From Flavobacteriales bacterium (lineage in GTDB: Bacteria > Bacteroidota > Bacteroidia > Flavobacteriales_C > GCA-002722245): a stretch of DNA of 64,000 bases. The stretch is taken from NCBI GenBank assembly GCA_023251075.1, contig JAHEZM010000011.1, forward strand, positions 23,663-87,662, read 5' to 3'. Positions 11,314 to 21,549 of the stretch are shown piece by piece (the stretch's first letter is position 1; every line of letters starts with the position of its first letter). A model generated the notes under the pieces. The model was given only the letters and a program-made list of their open reading frames with translations, was not told the origin of the DNA and made no database searches. Both the position numbers and the translations under genes were made by a program.

Positions 11314-11739
11314 TTAAAACATCGTAAGAATAGCAGCAACTACCAATAAGGAAACCAAGTGGTATCCGCTATTAATAGCAAACAATTTCCATGAATTATT
11401 TTCCCACACAGTAGCACCTAACTGACCCGGTAAATAAAAACCCAACCACGTAAAAACAGCAGTAGATAAGGTATTGGCCAATGGTCCCATTTCTTTAATA
11501 CCAGGTACAAATTGCCATGCAGCAATGTTGTGTGCAAGCACCCAGGCAAAAAGTAAATTACCAATTACCATAAAAGCCATACCTTTAAATAAAACAGATT
11601 TGTCGGGTTTCATATTAGGATCCTGCCCCATTTCTTTGCCCCAAGCTTTTCCAAAAAGAGGAGTGTACCAAATGAACCCTACAATAAAATTTACTACTAC
11701 TGCAATTAGAATAGCAACGATATTAATTTTTAATTCCAT
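11314..11739 (-). CDS. DUF1761 family membrane protein
   Basis: GFIWYTPLFGKAW N-terminal motif and W.LF.IN.GY C-terminal motif. Confidence 0.85.
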   Translation of the reverse strand: MELKINIVAILIAVVVNFIVGFIWYTPLFGKAWGKEMGQDPNMKPDKSVLFKGMAFMVIGNLLFAWVLAHNIAAWQFVPGIKEMGPLANTLSTAVFTWLGFYLPGQLGATVWENNSWKLFAINSGYHLVSLLVVAAILTMF

Positions 11740-11780
11740 AATTTATTTTTTTGATTTCTTAAACTTACAAAAAAAATGAC

Positions 11781-11814
11781 AAAACCAGAGGCCGTAATTT
11801 TACGGCCTCTGGTT
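11781..11814 (-). terminator. Intrinsic terminator downstream of chitinase
   Basis: aaccagaggccgtaa/ttacggcctctggtt 15-bp inverted repeat. Confidence 0.75.
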
Positions 11815-11838
11815 AAACTATTTTCTATGTATATAACT

Positions 11839-13533
11839 TTACTCTTTTACAAACTTAGAATACATTGCTTCTCCTGAAACGGCAGTCATTTTAAGCATAT
11901 AAATACCAGAAGACAATGGTTGAACATCTATTTTTGTTTGATTGGATTCAATCATTTTTTCTCCTTGTAAATTGTATATTTCCATTTGAGCAAAATGAAT
12001 ATCCGATTGGATATTTAAAGTTCCTGATGCAGGATTAGGAAAAACGCTCAATGCTTTATTTTCCAACATAGAAATCCCTGTACTGATATCAGCCACATTC
12101 ACATAATTCAAATTAAAATCACCTGCATCGAAAACAATACGCATAATTTTATTTCCTGAAGTAAGAGAAATATTATTCACAGTTACCGTTTGCCAGGTTT
12201 GCCATCCACCGGTATTGGGAACAGTGATAGCACCAGTAACATTGGTACCATTCATTTCAATATGAAAAGTTTTTCCGGCAGCCGTTGCAGCCACTCTTGC
12301 TTCAAATCTATAGCTTCCACTAGTAGTTACATTTACAGAATATTCCAACCATTCACCAGCAACCGTATAACCAACATTTAAACCACCTCCTGCATCGGTA
12401 CAGTTTTCCAAATCTACTGCATCAGCACGTGAGCCAGCTGCGCCTTCATTGGTTGGAGTTACATCATTGAAAGCGATATTTTGTCCGCCATTATCATAAT
12501 TCTCTACTTCCACTTTTCCAGGAATAGAAATAGTACTTCCATAAGCAGATTGTACAGCACCTGTACCTAAAACATCACTGATTGCTTTAAGTAAGGAATA
12601 CTGACCCGTGGCATCATTCGACAATTCCCAAATCATTACCCCCGCGTAACCATTGTCTTTGGCATATTGTGTTTTGTCCTCAATGGTTTGTACGCCATTG
12701 TAATAAATAATATTACCAATTACATCACTATTCCAAGCAGTAGGATATTGCGCAAGAATAGTAGAATATGCTTGATTTCCGGCATCAGCATTCCAACCAT
12801 AACCATAGAAGGGAAGTCCGAGTGTGATTTTATTTTTTGGCATTCCTTTATTTACCCAATAGTTCAAGGAAGTTTGTGCATAACTCATAGAAGAGTGCTG
12901 ACCAGGTGTAGCATCCCATGAACCTGTAGCATCGTAGGCCATAATATTGATGAAATCAAATTTTGGTAGGGTTGCATTCAATACATTATTTCCTCCGTAA
13001 TCATGCTTGAGCGCTGCAGTCAATAATTTACCCCTGTTGTTTCCATGCATAGAGGAAGCAAGTTCAGTAATAAATCCATCGTAATTACTGTTGATCGCAG
13101 GCCCTTCCATATCTATATCTACACCATCTAAACTATACTGATCTACATAGTCAGAAATTTTGGATACAAAAGCAGCACGATTTGCGGATGTAATAAGGTT
13201 AAAATAATAGCCTCTTATAGTAGCATCTTCTGATGCTCCACCACCACCCAAAGAAACCAAAACTTTTACACCGGCAGCATGTGCTTTAGTAACTAATGTA
13301 GTTAAACCCGTGCTGCTCTCTACCAAATTTCCGGCAGCATTAGGATTTTGAAATGCAAAATTGATGTGGGTAACTTTCGAATAATCAAAATTGTTTGCAA
13401 AAGTGGTTACGTTGATCCAATTAGGAACGTAGCCCACCACATAAAAAGAAGATTGTGCAGCTAATTGAAAAGCACTAAGTGCAAAAAATAAAAAAAGCAA
13501 TTTACTCTTCCTGAAATAGTAATTCAGACTCAT
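11839..13533 (-). CDS. GH18 chitinase-family glycoside hydrolase with CBM6-like module and T9SS type A C-terminal domain
   Basis: SLGGG, catalytic DGVDIDME (DxxDxDxE), IMAYD, GVMIWE; CBM 'GEWLEYSV..PNTGGWQTW'; CTD 'VFPNPA...LSSGIYML...KFVKE'. Confidence 0.92.
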   Translation of the reverse strand: MSLNYYFRKSKLLFLFFALSAFQLAAQSSFYVVGYVPNWINVTTFANNFDYSKVTHINFAFQNPNAAGNLVESSTGLTTLVTKAHAAGVKVLVSLGGGGASEDATIRGYYFNLITSANRAAFVSKISDYVDQYSLDGVDIDMEGPAINSNYDGFITELASSMHGNNRGKLLTAALKHDYGGNNVLNATLPKFDFINIMAYDATGSWDATPGQHSSMSYAQTSLNYWVNKGMPKNKITLGLPFYGYGWNADAGNQAYSTILAQYPTAWNSDVIGNIIYYNGVQTIEDKTQYAKDNGYAGVMIWELSNDATGQYSLLKAISDVLGTGAVQSAYGSTISIPGKVEVENYDNGGQNIAFNDVTPTNEGAAGSRADAVDLENCTDAGGGLNVGYTVAGEWLEYSVNVTTSGSYRFEARVAATAAGKTFHIEMNGTNVTGAITVPNTGGWQTWQTVTVNNISLTSGNKIMRIVFDAGDFNLNYVNVADISTGISMLENKALSVFPNPASGTLNIQSDIHFAQMEIYNLQGEKMIESNQTKIDVQPLSSGIYMLKMTAVSGEAMYSKFVKE

Positions 13534-13800
13534 AGTTGTAAGTTTTAATAGTTAATACTGTAGAAGAGTAGAAAGAATAACCCCTGAGAAAAGAATAGAC
13601 TAGATAATGCAATATAGGAATACTTAAATAAATAGCAAAAAATATTTTGCGTTAAAAATCCCTCGCTTACTCGCTTCTCTTAGCGTGCATTTTCTTTTCG
13701 CTAAGAGATTTTACTCTTAGAGGCGCCTCATTTTATTTTAAAAGAAAAAATAAGCCGAAGGCCATATGTGTTCGGAACCCTAGATGTCCTTTATCCAGTG

Positions 13801-13919
13801 CGTCCTTGCGAAAATTTTGTACTCAAAATTAAAGCAATCTCATCATGAAAACTCTAAATTAATTAGTATTAGCGTCATCAGATTGCTTTAATTTTGAGTA
13901 CAAAATTTTCGCAAGGACG
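13801..13919. repeat. Perfect 40-bp inverted repeat with 39-bp spacer (REPIN/MITE-like)
   Basis: cgtccttgcgaaaattttgtactcaaaattaaagcaatct at 13801-13840 and its exact reverse complement at 13880-13919. Confidence 0.9.
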
Positions 13920-13931
13920 AACTAGGTGCAT

Positions 13932-13965
13932 AAAAAATCCCCTCTGATTTCTCAGAAGGGATTTT
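13932..13965 (-). terminator. Intrinsic terminator of aconitase
   Basis: aaaatccc-tctga/tcaga-gggatttt hairpin with T tail on the minus strand. Confidence 0.75.
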
Positions 13966-13985
13966 CTCTATAAAGAATAATCTTA

Positions 13986-16259
13986 TTAGTTATTTCTCGC
14001 AGCCTCTAACTTAATCAAGTTCAACGCAGAACCTGCAACGAACCAACCAATTTGGCTATCGTTGTAAGTGTGGTTGCATTTGATTTCATCAGCAGTGCCA
14101 TTAGCATGTTTGAATTTCAATGTTAATGGTTTGCCTGGAGCAAATTGCTCTAAGTCTAAGAAGTCGATAGTATCGTCTTCCTGAATTTTATCGTAATCGG
14201 CAGGGTTAGCAAAAGTCAACGCCAACATACCTTGTTTCTTCAAGTTGGTTTCGTGGATACGAGCGAATGAACGCACCAATACCGCAACAGAACCCAGGTG
14301 ACGTGGCTCCATTGCCGCGTGCTCTCTTGAAGAACCTTCACCGTAGTTTTCATCACCAACGATGATAGATGCCACTCCAGCTGCTTTGTAAGCACGAGCC
14401 GTTGCGGGAACTTCACCATAAGCACCATTCAATTGATTTTTCACTTTGTTGGTTTCTTCATTGAAAGCATTCACCGCACCAATCAAACAGTTGTTTGAAA
14501 TGTTGTCTAAGTGTCCGCGGTATTTCAACCATGGTCCGGCCATAGAAATATGATCGGTAGTACATTTACCTTTTGCTTTGATCAACAATTTAGCACCTGT
14601 GATATTTTTCTTGTTCCAAGGTGTAAACTCTTCTAACAATTGCAAACGATCTGATGTAGGAGAAACTTTAACTTCTACTGTTGAACCATCAGCAGCAGGA
14701 GCTTGGTATCCGTTGTCTTCAACAGCAAATCCTTTAGATGGTAATTCGTCACCTTTAGGAGCTTCTAATTTAACTTGCTCACCTTTGTCGTTGGTTAAAG
14801 TATCTGTTAATGGGTTGAATCCTAAGTTACCGGCAATTGCCAAAGCAGCAACGATTTCAGGCGACGCTACGAAAGCGTAAGTATTTGGATTACCATCGGC
14901 ACGTTTCGCGAAGTTTCTGTTGAAAGAGTGAATGATGGTATTTTTTTCTTTTTTATCAGCACCTGCTCTGTCCCACTGACCGATACACGGACCGCAAGCA
15001 TTGGTAAACAAAGTAGCATTTACTTTTTCGAAAGGAGTTAATAAACCATCTCTTTCTGCAGTGTAACGTACTTGCTCAGAACCCGGATTGATACCGAATT
15101 CAGCTTTAGTCACTAAACCTTTATTCACCGCTTGAGTTGCGATAGAAGCAGCACGCGCTAAATCTTCATAAGAAGAGTTGGTACAAGAACCAATCAATCC
15201 CCATTCGATTGCTAAAGGCCAGCCATTCGCTTCGGCTTCAGCTTTCAATTTAGAAATCGGTGTAGCTCTATCGGGAGTGAACGGACCGTTTACATGCGGC
15301 TCTAATTCGCTCAAGTTGATTTCAATGATTTGATCAAAATATTTTTCAGGATTTGCATAAACTTCAGGATCGGCAGTCAAATGCTCTTTCACCGCGTTAG
15401 CAGCATCAGCCACATCATTTCTTCCTGTAGAACGTAAGTATCTTTCCATTGACTCATCGTAACCGAAAGTTGAAGTGGTTGCTCCAATCTCAGCACCCAT
15501 GTTACAAATGGTACCTTTACCAGTACAACTTAGAGATTTCGCTCCGTCGCCGAAATATTCAACAATAGCACCTGTTCCACCTTTTACAGTAAGGATACCG
15601 GCCACTTTTAAAATAACGTCTTTAGAGGCAGTCCAACCGTTTAATTTACCGGTTAACTTAACACCAATCAATTTAGGGAATTTCAACTCCCAGGCCATAC
15701 CCGACATAACGTCAACGGCATCGGCACCACCTACACCAATCGCCACCATACCTAACCCACCTGCGTTAACAGTGTGAGAATCGGTACCAATCATCATTCC
15801 GCCAGGGAATGCATAATTTTCCAATACCACTTGGTGAATGATACCAGCACCCGGTTTCCAAAAACCAATACCATACTTGTTGGTAACGGTAGAAAGGAAA
15901 TCAAATACTTCTTTGTTGGTTATGTTTGAAGTGCTCAAATCTTGTTTGGCACCCAATTTAGCTTGGATTAAGTGATCGGCATGAACAGTAGTAGGAACCG
16001 CTACTTTGCTTTTTCCTGCTTGCATGAATTGCAATAGGGCCATTTGTGCGGTGGCATCCTGACAAGCGATTCTATCCGGAGCGAAATCTACGTAAGACTT
16101 ACCTCTTCCGTAAGCTTCAGTAGCATCACCTTGCCACAAGTGAGTGTAAAGAATTTTTTCGGTTAAAGTTAATGGGCGACCCACTACTTTTCTTGCTTGT
16201 GCTACTCTTGCCGGATACTTAGCGTAGAGCGCTTTAATCATTTCGATGTCAAATGCCAT
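13986..16259 (-). CDS. acnA: Aconitate hydratase (mitochondrial-type, as in Bacteroidota)
   Basis: [56 protein letters not shown]. Confidence 0.95.
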   Translation of the reverse strand: MAFDIEMIKALYAKYPARVAQARKVVGRPLTLTEKILYTHLWQGDATEAYGRGKSYVDFAPDRIACQDATAQMALLQFMQAGKSKVAVPTTVHADHLIQAKLGAKQDLSTSNITNKEVFDFLSTVTNKYGIGFWKPGAGIIHQVVLENYAFPGGMMIGTDSHTVNAGGLGMVAIGVGGADAVDVMSGMAWELKFPKLIGVKLTGKLNGWTASKDVILKVAGILTVKGGTGAIVEYFGDGAKSLSCTGKGTICNMGAEIGATTSTFGYDESMERYLRSTGRNDVADAANAVKEHLTADPEVYANPEKYFDQIIEINLSELEPHVNGPFTPDRATPISKLKAEAEANGWPLAIEWGLIGSCTNSSYEDLARAASIATQAVNKGLVTKAEFGINPGSEQVRYTAERDGLLTPFEKVNATLFTNACGPCIGQWDRAGADKKEKNTIIHSFNRNFAKRADGNPNTYAFVASPEIVAALAIAGNLGFNPLTDTLTNDKGEQVKLEAPKGDELPSKGFAVEDNGYQAPAADGSTVEVKVSPTSDRLQLLEEFTPWNKKNITGAKLLIKAKGKCTTDHISMAGPWLKYRGHLDNISNNCLIGAVNAFNEETNKVKNQLNGAYGEVPATARAYKAAGVASIIVGDENYGEGSSREHAAMEPRHLGSVAVLVRSFARIHETNLKKQGMLALTFANPADYDKIQEDDTIDFLDLEQFAPGKPLTLKFKHANGTADEIKCNHTYNDSQIGWFVAGSALNLIKLEAARNN

Positions 16260-16361
16260 GTTGCTGTTTTTTTGTGTTTAACAAATCCCCTTTTTTTGGA
16301 GAGCAACCAAAAATAAGAAAATTAGGATACAAGTAAAGGGATTGAAAGAAAAACTTGAGTA

Positions 16362-19148
16362 TTATTTACCTGAAGGGTTTTCTGTTGCGTTAAGCTTTTT
16401 GAACTTATAAGTAAACGTGGCCATGAAATACTGCTGAAGTACTACATTTTTCAAATCTTCAACATAGGTATCACCCACCGTTCTGGTGATACTGTTGTTT
16501 TGTTGCAGTACATCAAACACAGAGATTTTAAATTCACCTTGATCGTCTTTCGAAAATTTCTTGGCCAGCGAAGCATTCCATAGCAAATAATTTCTGTTGA
16601 AAGAGCTGCTTAAACCGGTGTACCAAGTATGGGTTATTTCACTTTGCACAACCATTCCTTTCCAGAAAGTCCAATTGACTTTAGCAGTACTCAACAAATT
16701 AAAATAATTATTGTTGCTACTCGATTGTAAAGTATTATTCACTTCATTATAACTCCCTATTGACGATAAGGAGAAATCAATTTTTTCACTGATATTGCTA
16801 GAAAGCGTAAGTCCCATAGGGTAAGAATACGATTGAGAATATCCTTTTACTCCATTCAATAAAATAGGAGTAGTGGAATAGGTAAATCCGCCATTTAAAC
16901 TAAAATTACATTTGATGAATTTTAGCGGACTACTAAACATTAAATACGATCTCATATTCCAATAACCATCGAGATTAATGGGTTGAGAATAACGTGTGCC
17001 TTGCTTTAATTCCTTGCCATCAGAAAGCACCACATTGGAATTTACCAATTGTGTTGCATTAGAAATATAATTCAAGGTTTTATTCAACATTGCAAAAGCC
17101 ATCAAGCTTCTCGACTTTTTGTTATTGTACATAAATCGCACATTTACATTGTGCGAATAAGATGTTTTTAACGATGCATTTCCTACCGTAAGTAAAAGTG
17201 GATTACTATTGTTCCAAATCTCTTGTAATTGATTTACAGAAGGTACATTTACTTGTGTTTTATAATTGAATTTAATGTTGCTCACACCTGAAAATTTCAT
17301 TTTTAAAGTTGCACTGGGTAACACATTTTCGAAGCGACGCTGCACCTCTACGGAAGAAGGAAAAATTTGATCGTTGAACATATCTACTCTCTGGTAATCT
17401 GCACCCATCATGAGCGACGCCTTTTTAATATTTATACGCAAAGCCGGCCCGATTTGCTGAGTATAATAATTACTATTAAAATTCCCCGATAAGTTAGTAT
17501 CCAAAACAGAATACGAATTACTGATATCATTAAAATGAAGAGTATTGAATTGAGAAGAATTTTCATTGTAAGCAACTTTATAAGCTACTAATAGTTGCGC
17601 AATTTTTCCTAATGGTTCGGTATAAGTTAAGTTGGCGGAATACGAATTATTTGGAGTATTTTGAATACTATGCTGATTTACTGTATCAGCAGATGAAGTA
17701 GAAAAATATTGATTTAATGCATTCAATTGATTATTGCTTTTTTTGTTGTTCCAATCGCCATGTAAATTGGTAGAAATAGTTCTTCCTTTTTTGGTAAACC
17801 GATGACGGAATAACAAATCACTCCCCAACTTGTAAGATGAAGAATTAGCCGTTACATCATTTTGAGTTGCATTCAACAAGGTTTGTAAAACACTGCTGTT
17901 TCCATTCACTGAATTGTTATTGTTAGAATTTTGAAAACTGAAAGTAGGCGTAAAAAGGATAGAATTCATTGAATCAATAGCATATTCAAAACGTGTATTA
18001 AAACGATGGTTATAGGATGTAGTAAGATAAGTTCCCCATTCATTGTAATGCACTGAGGAATCATTAGACGCATAAAATTGGCGGTTTAAACTTTGTGTAT
18101 TATTGTTGCTTCCCTGATTAAAAAAATAACTGCCACTCACCTTTATTTTCTTTCCACACACATCACTATAATTCAATCCGAAAGAATTTACAGTATTTAT
18201 TCCCGATTGCGGGGAAGTCATTAAATTATTCGAAGGTCCATTATTTTTCGCACCTCTATATGGTGAGCTTTGTGGTGCAGAACCGGTAGCAGTTGTTAAA
18301 TCATCGGAAGAAAAATTTTGAATATTGATGTTATTCGATAAACCCAAGAGAGAGATTTTTCTATCTTTTTTAAAATTATGGTAAGTCAATCCAGCCTGAT
18401 ATTTATTATTGGTTCCATAACCAGCATAAACCTTTCCCATCACTCCGTTTTTCAGCTGATTTTTAGTCACCAAATTCATGGCTTTGGAAGATTGTCCGTC
18501 ATCAAAGCCAGTAAACATAGCCTGATCACTCATTTGATCATACACTTCTACTTTATCAATCATATCGGCAGAAATATTTTTAAGTGCAGCATTGGCATCA
18601 TCGCCAAAATAGGTTTTACCATCCACCGTTACCTTCTTTACCTCTTCGCCTTGTGCTTTTACCTGTCCGTTTTCCACTGTTAAACCAGGCATTTTCTTTA
18701 CTAAATCTTCTGCTGTTGCATCGGGATTGGTTTTAAAAGAACCCGCATTAAACTGTAAAGTATCACCGGTCATTTTAGTGCTTTGTGCTTGCTTTGTAAT
18801 TTTTACTTCGTGATGGATCAATGCTTTATTTTCAAGAATAAGAGTTCCTAAATCATAGGCAGCTGTTGAATAATATCCCACTTTGTTATATTGAGTATAA
18901 CCCACATAATTAATATTGAGTTGATACAAACCCGGTTCTATAAACTGAGTACTAAAAGAAAATTCTCCCCTATCATTGGTCAATGAAGACATACGCACTG
19001 AAGAATCTTTGATATTGGTTAATGTGATGGTTGCTGACACAAGTACATTACCTAAAGAATCTTTAACCACACCTTTAATAAAATCACCTTGCTGAGCTTT
19101 AACAAAGCCAGCAAAAAGAATAAATATGATTAATATTATTTTTTTCAT
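16362..19148 (-). CDS. TonB-dependent receptor-like outer-membrane beta-barrel protein with N-terminal carboxypeptidase-regulatory-like domain
   Basis: Signal peptide at MKKIILIIF (ATG 19148); plug-like 'EDLVKKMPG..V.GK.YFGDD', 'IDKVEVYD'; C-terminal QYFMATFTYKF. Confidence 0.85.
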   Translation of the reverse strand: MKKIILIIFILFAGFVKAQQGDFIKGVVKDSLGNVLVSATITLTNIKDSSVRMSSLTNDRGEFSFSTQFIEPGLYQLNINYVGYTQYNKVGYYSTAAYDLGTLILENKALIHHEVKITKQAQSTKMTGDTLQFNAGSFKTNPDATAEDLVKKMPGLTVENGQVKAQGEEVKKVTVDGKTYFGDDANAALKNISADMIDKVEVYDQMSDQAMFTGFDDGQSSKAMNLVTKNQLKNGVMGKVYAGYGTNNKYQAGLTYHNFKKDRKISLLGLSNNINIQNFSSDDLTTATGSAPQSSPYRGAKNNGPSNNLMTSPQSGINTVNSFGLNYSDVCGKKIKVSGSYFFNQGSNNNTQSLNRQFYASNDSSVHYNEWGTYLTTSYNHRFNTRFEYAIDSMNSILFTPTFSFQNSNNNNSVNGNSSVLQTLLNATQNDVTANSSSYKLGSDLLFRHRFTKKGRTISTNLHGDWNNKKSNNQLNALNQYFSTSSADTVNQHSIQNTPNNSYSANLTYTEPLGKIAQLLVAYKVAYNENSSQFNTLHFNDISNSYSVLDTNLSGNFNSNYYTQQIGPALRINIKKASLMMGADYQRVDMFNDQIFPSSVEVQRRFENVLPSATLKMKFSGVSNIKFNYKTQVNVPSVNQLQEIWNNSNPLLLTVGNASLKTSYSHNVNVRFMYNNKKSRSLMAFAMLNKTLNYISNATQLVNSNVVLSDGKELKQGTRYSQPINLDGYWNMRSYLMFSSPLKFIKCNFSLNGGFTYSTTPILLNGVKGYSQSYSYPMGLTLSSNISEKIDFSLSSIGSYNEVNNTLQSSSNNNYFNLLSTAKVNWTFWKGMVVQSEITHTWYTGLSSSFNRNYLLWNASLAKKFSKDDQGEFKISVFDVLQQNNSITRTVGDTYVEDLKNVVLQQYFMATFTYKFKKLNATENPSGK

Positions 19149-19200
19149 GAAAGAGTGAAGATAAGACAAGCAAAGAAATAAACGGTTTAGCCGCATCAGC

Positions 19201-19240
19201 AAAAAAATGAAAAAGCCGCGTGTGGGGCACGCGGCTTTTT
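19201..19240 (-). terminator. Strong intrinsic terminator not directly after any CDS
   Basis: aaaaagccgcgtg-tgggg-cacgcggcttttt 13-bp stem; T-rich tail on the minus strand. Confidence 0.8.
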
Positions 19241-19366
19241 GGAGGGGATAAAACAATAAACAACATTATAAGGTTTACATCAATTGAGTAGCTTTATTTA
19301 GCTTACAACTTGAGTAATAAAAGAACGATTGGCTAACTGTTGATGTACCTTAAAACTTTAACCTAG
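19203..19366 (-). ncRNA. Candidate small RNA or attenuated leader (~165 nt)
   Basis: Lies between a Bacteroidota promoter (19372-19403) and a strong terminator (19201-19240); long stem 19269-19283/19340-19352; no convincing ORF. Confidence 0.5.
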
Positions 19367-19371
19367 TGGCA

Positions 19372-19403
19372 CAAATGTACAATACGTTTCCATCATCATG
19401 CAA
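19372..19403 (-). promoter_or_regulatory. Bacteroidota sigma-A promoter with an overlapping operator-like site
   Basis: Minus strand TTG-N21-TACATTTG; the spacer contains ATGGAAACGTATT. Confidence 0.65.
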
Positions 19404-19627
19404 GTTTTTTTAAAAAAATATTTTATTTTTCTTACACCACTAGATACTAGGACTTTAGGATGGAAACGAAAATAAATAAATAACGTTTTTGAATTGTTTT
19501 TTGGCTCCTATATAAATAAAACGTTTCCTAATATTAACCAAAAATTGATGTGAATTAATAGAAGGAGAACTGGAAAAGTATTATCGAAATAAAGGTATAA
19601 GACGATAGTTCCTTCGGAGCACTTTAA

Positions 19628-19655
19628 ACAAAAAGAGCTGCCTAACAGCAGCTCT
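19628..19655 (-). terminator. rpoD terminator
   Basis: agagctgc-ctaaca-gcagctct hairpin with T tail on the minus strand. Confidence 0.75.
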
Positions 19656-19676
19656 CTATAGTTATGAGGATAATGA

Positions 19677-20540
19677 TTATCCCAAATAAGATCTCAGCAA
19701 CTTACTTTTAGTGTGATGTTTTAATCTTCTAATGGCTTTCTCTTTAATCTGACGAACGCGTTCGCGAGTTAAACCATGTTTATTACCAATCTCCTCCAGC
19801 GTAAACGCATGAGGCAAACCAATTCCAAAAAACATTTTCAAAACATCTGCTTCTCTTTCTGTTAAAGTGGAAAGTGAGCGTTGAATCTCCGCATGTAAGG
19901 ATTCAGAAATTAATTTTCTATCGGCAGTAGGAGAATCATCGTTTTGAAGTACATCCAACAAACCATGATCTTCACCATCCTGAAACGGAGCATCAATTGA
20001 AGTATGTCGGCCTGCAATGCTAATTGCTCCTTCCACCTCATCGATATCCATCTCCACAGCTTCTGCAATCTCTTCTACTGTTGGCTCACGCTCTAATCTT
20101 TGCTCTAAATCGGAAATACCTTTTTTGATTTTGGTTAAATTACCTACTTTATTAAGAGGTAAACGCACCATACGACTTTGATCGGCAATGGCAGCGATGA
20201 TACTCTGACGAATCCACCATACTGCATAGGAGATAAATTTAAACCCCCTAGTTTCATCAAAACGCTGAGCAGCTTTTATTAAACCTAAATTTCCTTCATT
20301 AATTAAATCGGGAAGAGTTAAACCTTGATTTTGATATTGCTTTGCAACAGAAACTACAAATCGCAAGTTGGCGGTAGTCAAGCGTTCTAAAGCAGCCTGA
20401 TCACCAGCACGAATTTTAATGGCCAACTGCACCTCCTCTTCGGAGTTAATCAACTCTACCTTTCCAATTTCCTGAAGATATTTATCGAGAGTAACGCTGT
20501 CGCGGTTGGTAATAGATTTCGTGATTTTCAGTTGTCTCAT
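19677..20540 (-). CDS. rpoD: RNA polymerase primary sigma factor (Bacteroidota short RpoD/SigA)
   Basis: [14 protein letters not shown]-terminus, [47 protein letters not shown]. Confidence 0.95.
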   Translation of the reverse strand: MRQLKITKSITNRDSVTLDKYLQEIGKVELINSEEEVQLAIKIRAGDQAALERLTTANLRFVVSVAKQYQNQGLTLPDLINEGNLGLIKAAQRFDETRGFKFISYAVWWIRQSIIAAIADQSRMVRLPLNKVGNLTKIKKGISDLEQRLEREPTVEEIAEAVEMDIDEVEGAISIAGRHTSIDAPFQDGEDHGLLDVLQNDDSPTADRKLISESLHAEIQRSLSTLTEREADVLKMFFGIGLPHAFTLEEIGNKHGLTRERVRQIKEKAIRRLKHHTKSKLLRSYLG

Positions 20541-20676
20541 ATCTGGATACTTAAATTACTGGCATTATGCAATCAAAAATAGGTTGTTCCAACTGTAATC
20601 TGGCATATAACAGCAAATTTATTTGAACATAGCATGTTAAGAACTATATATTTTTATGTAAATTAGAAGGAATACC

Positions 20677-21549
20677 ATGAAGAAAACGACCCTAATTATA
20701 CTTTATTTCATCCACTCCTATTGCATTGCGCAACAAGGAACTCCTTTTGAAAAGTATGGTCCCTTTCAAACCAAAAACTACACTTCTTTTTCTGATGCTT
20801 TGAAAAATGAACAAGAGGCATTTAAATTAAAAAGTGAAAATGAAGATCTGTCGAAAGACATCAGAAAGCTCAAAAATCTAGGTGCTTTACAAGTATTGAT
20901 ATTAACGGAGAACAACTTAGATTCTCTGCCTCAGGAAGTAAGCACACTAAGTAATTTGATGTATTTTGAATCTTCTAAAAATTCCCTAAAAAAAATCCCT
21001 ACAGGGGTTTCAGCATGGCAAAAATTAGTAGAACTACACTTATTCAACACTCAACTAGATAGTTTACCACTTGAACTAAAACACTTGCCTGCGCTAAAAA
21101 TTATTGAAATACAAAATAACAGCAATAAAAATTTTAAGTTGGGGAAAGGACTAGAGCACAACAAAAGCTTACAGGAAATTATCCTTTACAAAAACAATTT
21201 AAAATCTTTTCCTTCTGAATTATTGACTTGCAAGGAAATGAAAGAAATAGTAATTACTTCTTGTGGTATCACTAAAATTAGCGACTCTATTTCCAAATTA
21301 AGCAAATTGGAAGCATTGGTTTTAGATAGCAACTTAATCACTGAAATTCCAAAAAGTGTTTTTGAATTAAGCAATTTGAAATACTTATCTATCAAAGGAA
21401 ATAAATTGAAAATCGCTCCAGAGAATTTATACTACCTGCAAAAATTAGAGATTCTTGATTTACGCGAAAACCCTATAGCACAAGAACAAATTGACGTACT
21501 TCGCGCATTGATGCCTAAATGCAAAATATTATTCGAAGGGAAAAATTAA
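20677..21549 (+). CDS. Secreted leucine-rich repeat protein
   Basis: About 9 LxxLxLxxNxL repeats after a putative signal peptide. Confidence 0.88.
   Translation: MKKTTLIILYFIHSYCIAQQGTPFEKYGPFQTKNYTSFSDALKNEQEAFKLKSENEDLSKDIRKLKNLGALQVLILTENNLDSLPQEVSTLSNLMYFESSKNSLKKIPTGVSAWQKLVELHLFNTQLDSLPLELKHLPALKIIEIQNNSNKNFKLGKGLEHNKSLQEIILYKNNLKSFPSELLTCKEMKEIVITSCGITKISDSISKLSKLEALVLDSNLITEIPKSVFELSNLKYLSIKGNKLKIAPENLYYLQKLEILDLRENPIAQEQIDVLRALMPKCKILFEGKN

Noticed and set aside
13740..13790. Minus-strand TCTAGGGTTCCG resembling the 5' end of the ykkC/guanidine-I riboswitch
   Set aside because: The downstream conserved blocks (CTGGTCC.AG and AAAAGCCCGGGAG) are absent, and the downstream gene is a chitinase
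19149..19256. N-terminal ORF-track extensions (also pgi 8471, adk 34330, dnaX 39021, higB 43664, ahcY 50036, 25582, 60871)
   Set aside because: They run through promoters, terminators or neighbouring genes; downstream ATGs give proper signal peptides or family N-termini
19203..19366. Candidate RNA as 6S RNA
   Set aside because: No clear symmetric central bubble, and not in the zapA/rny-type context I would expect; left unassigned
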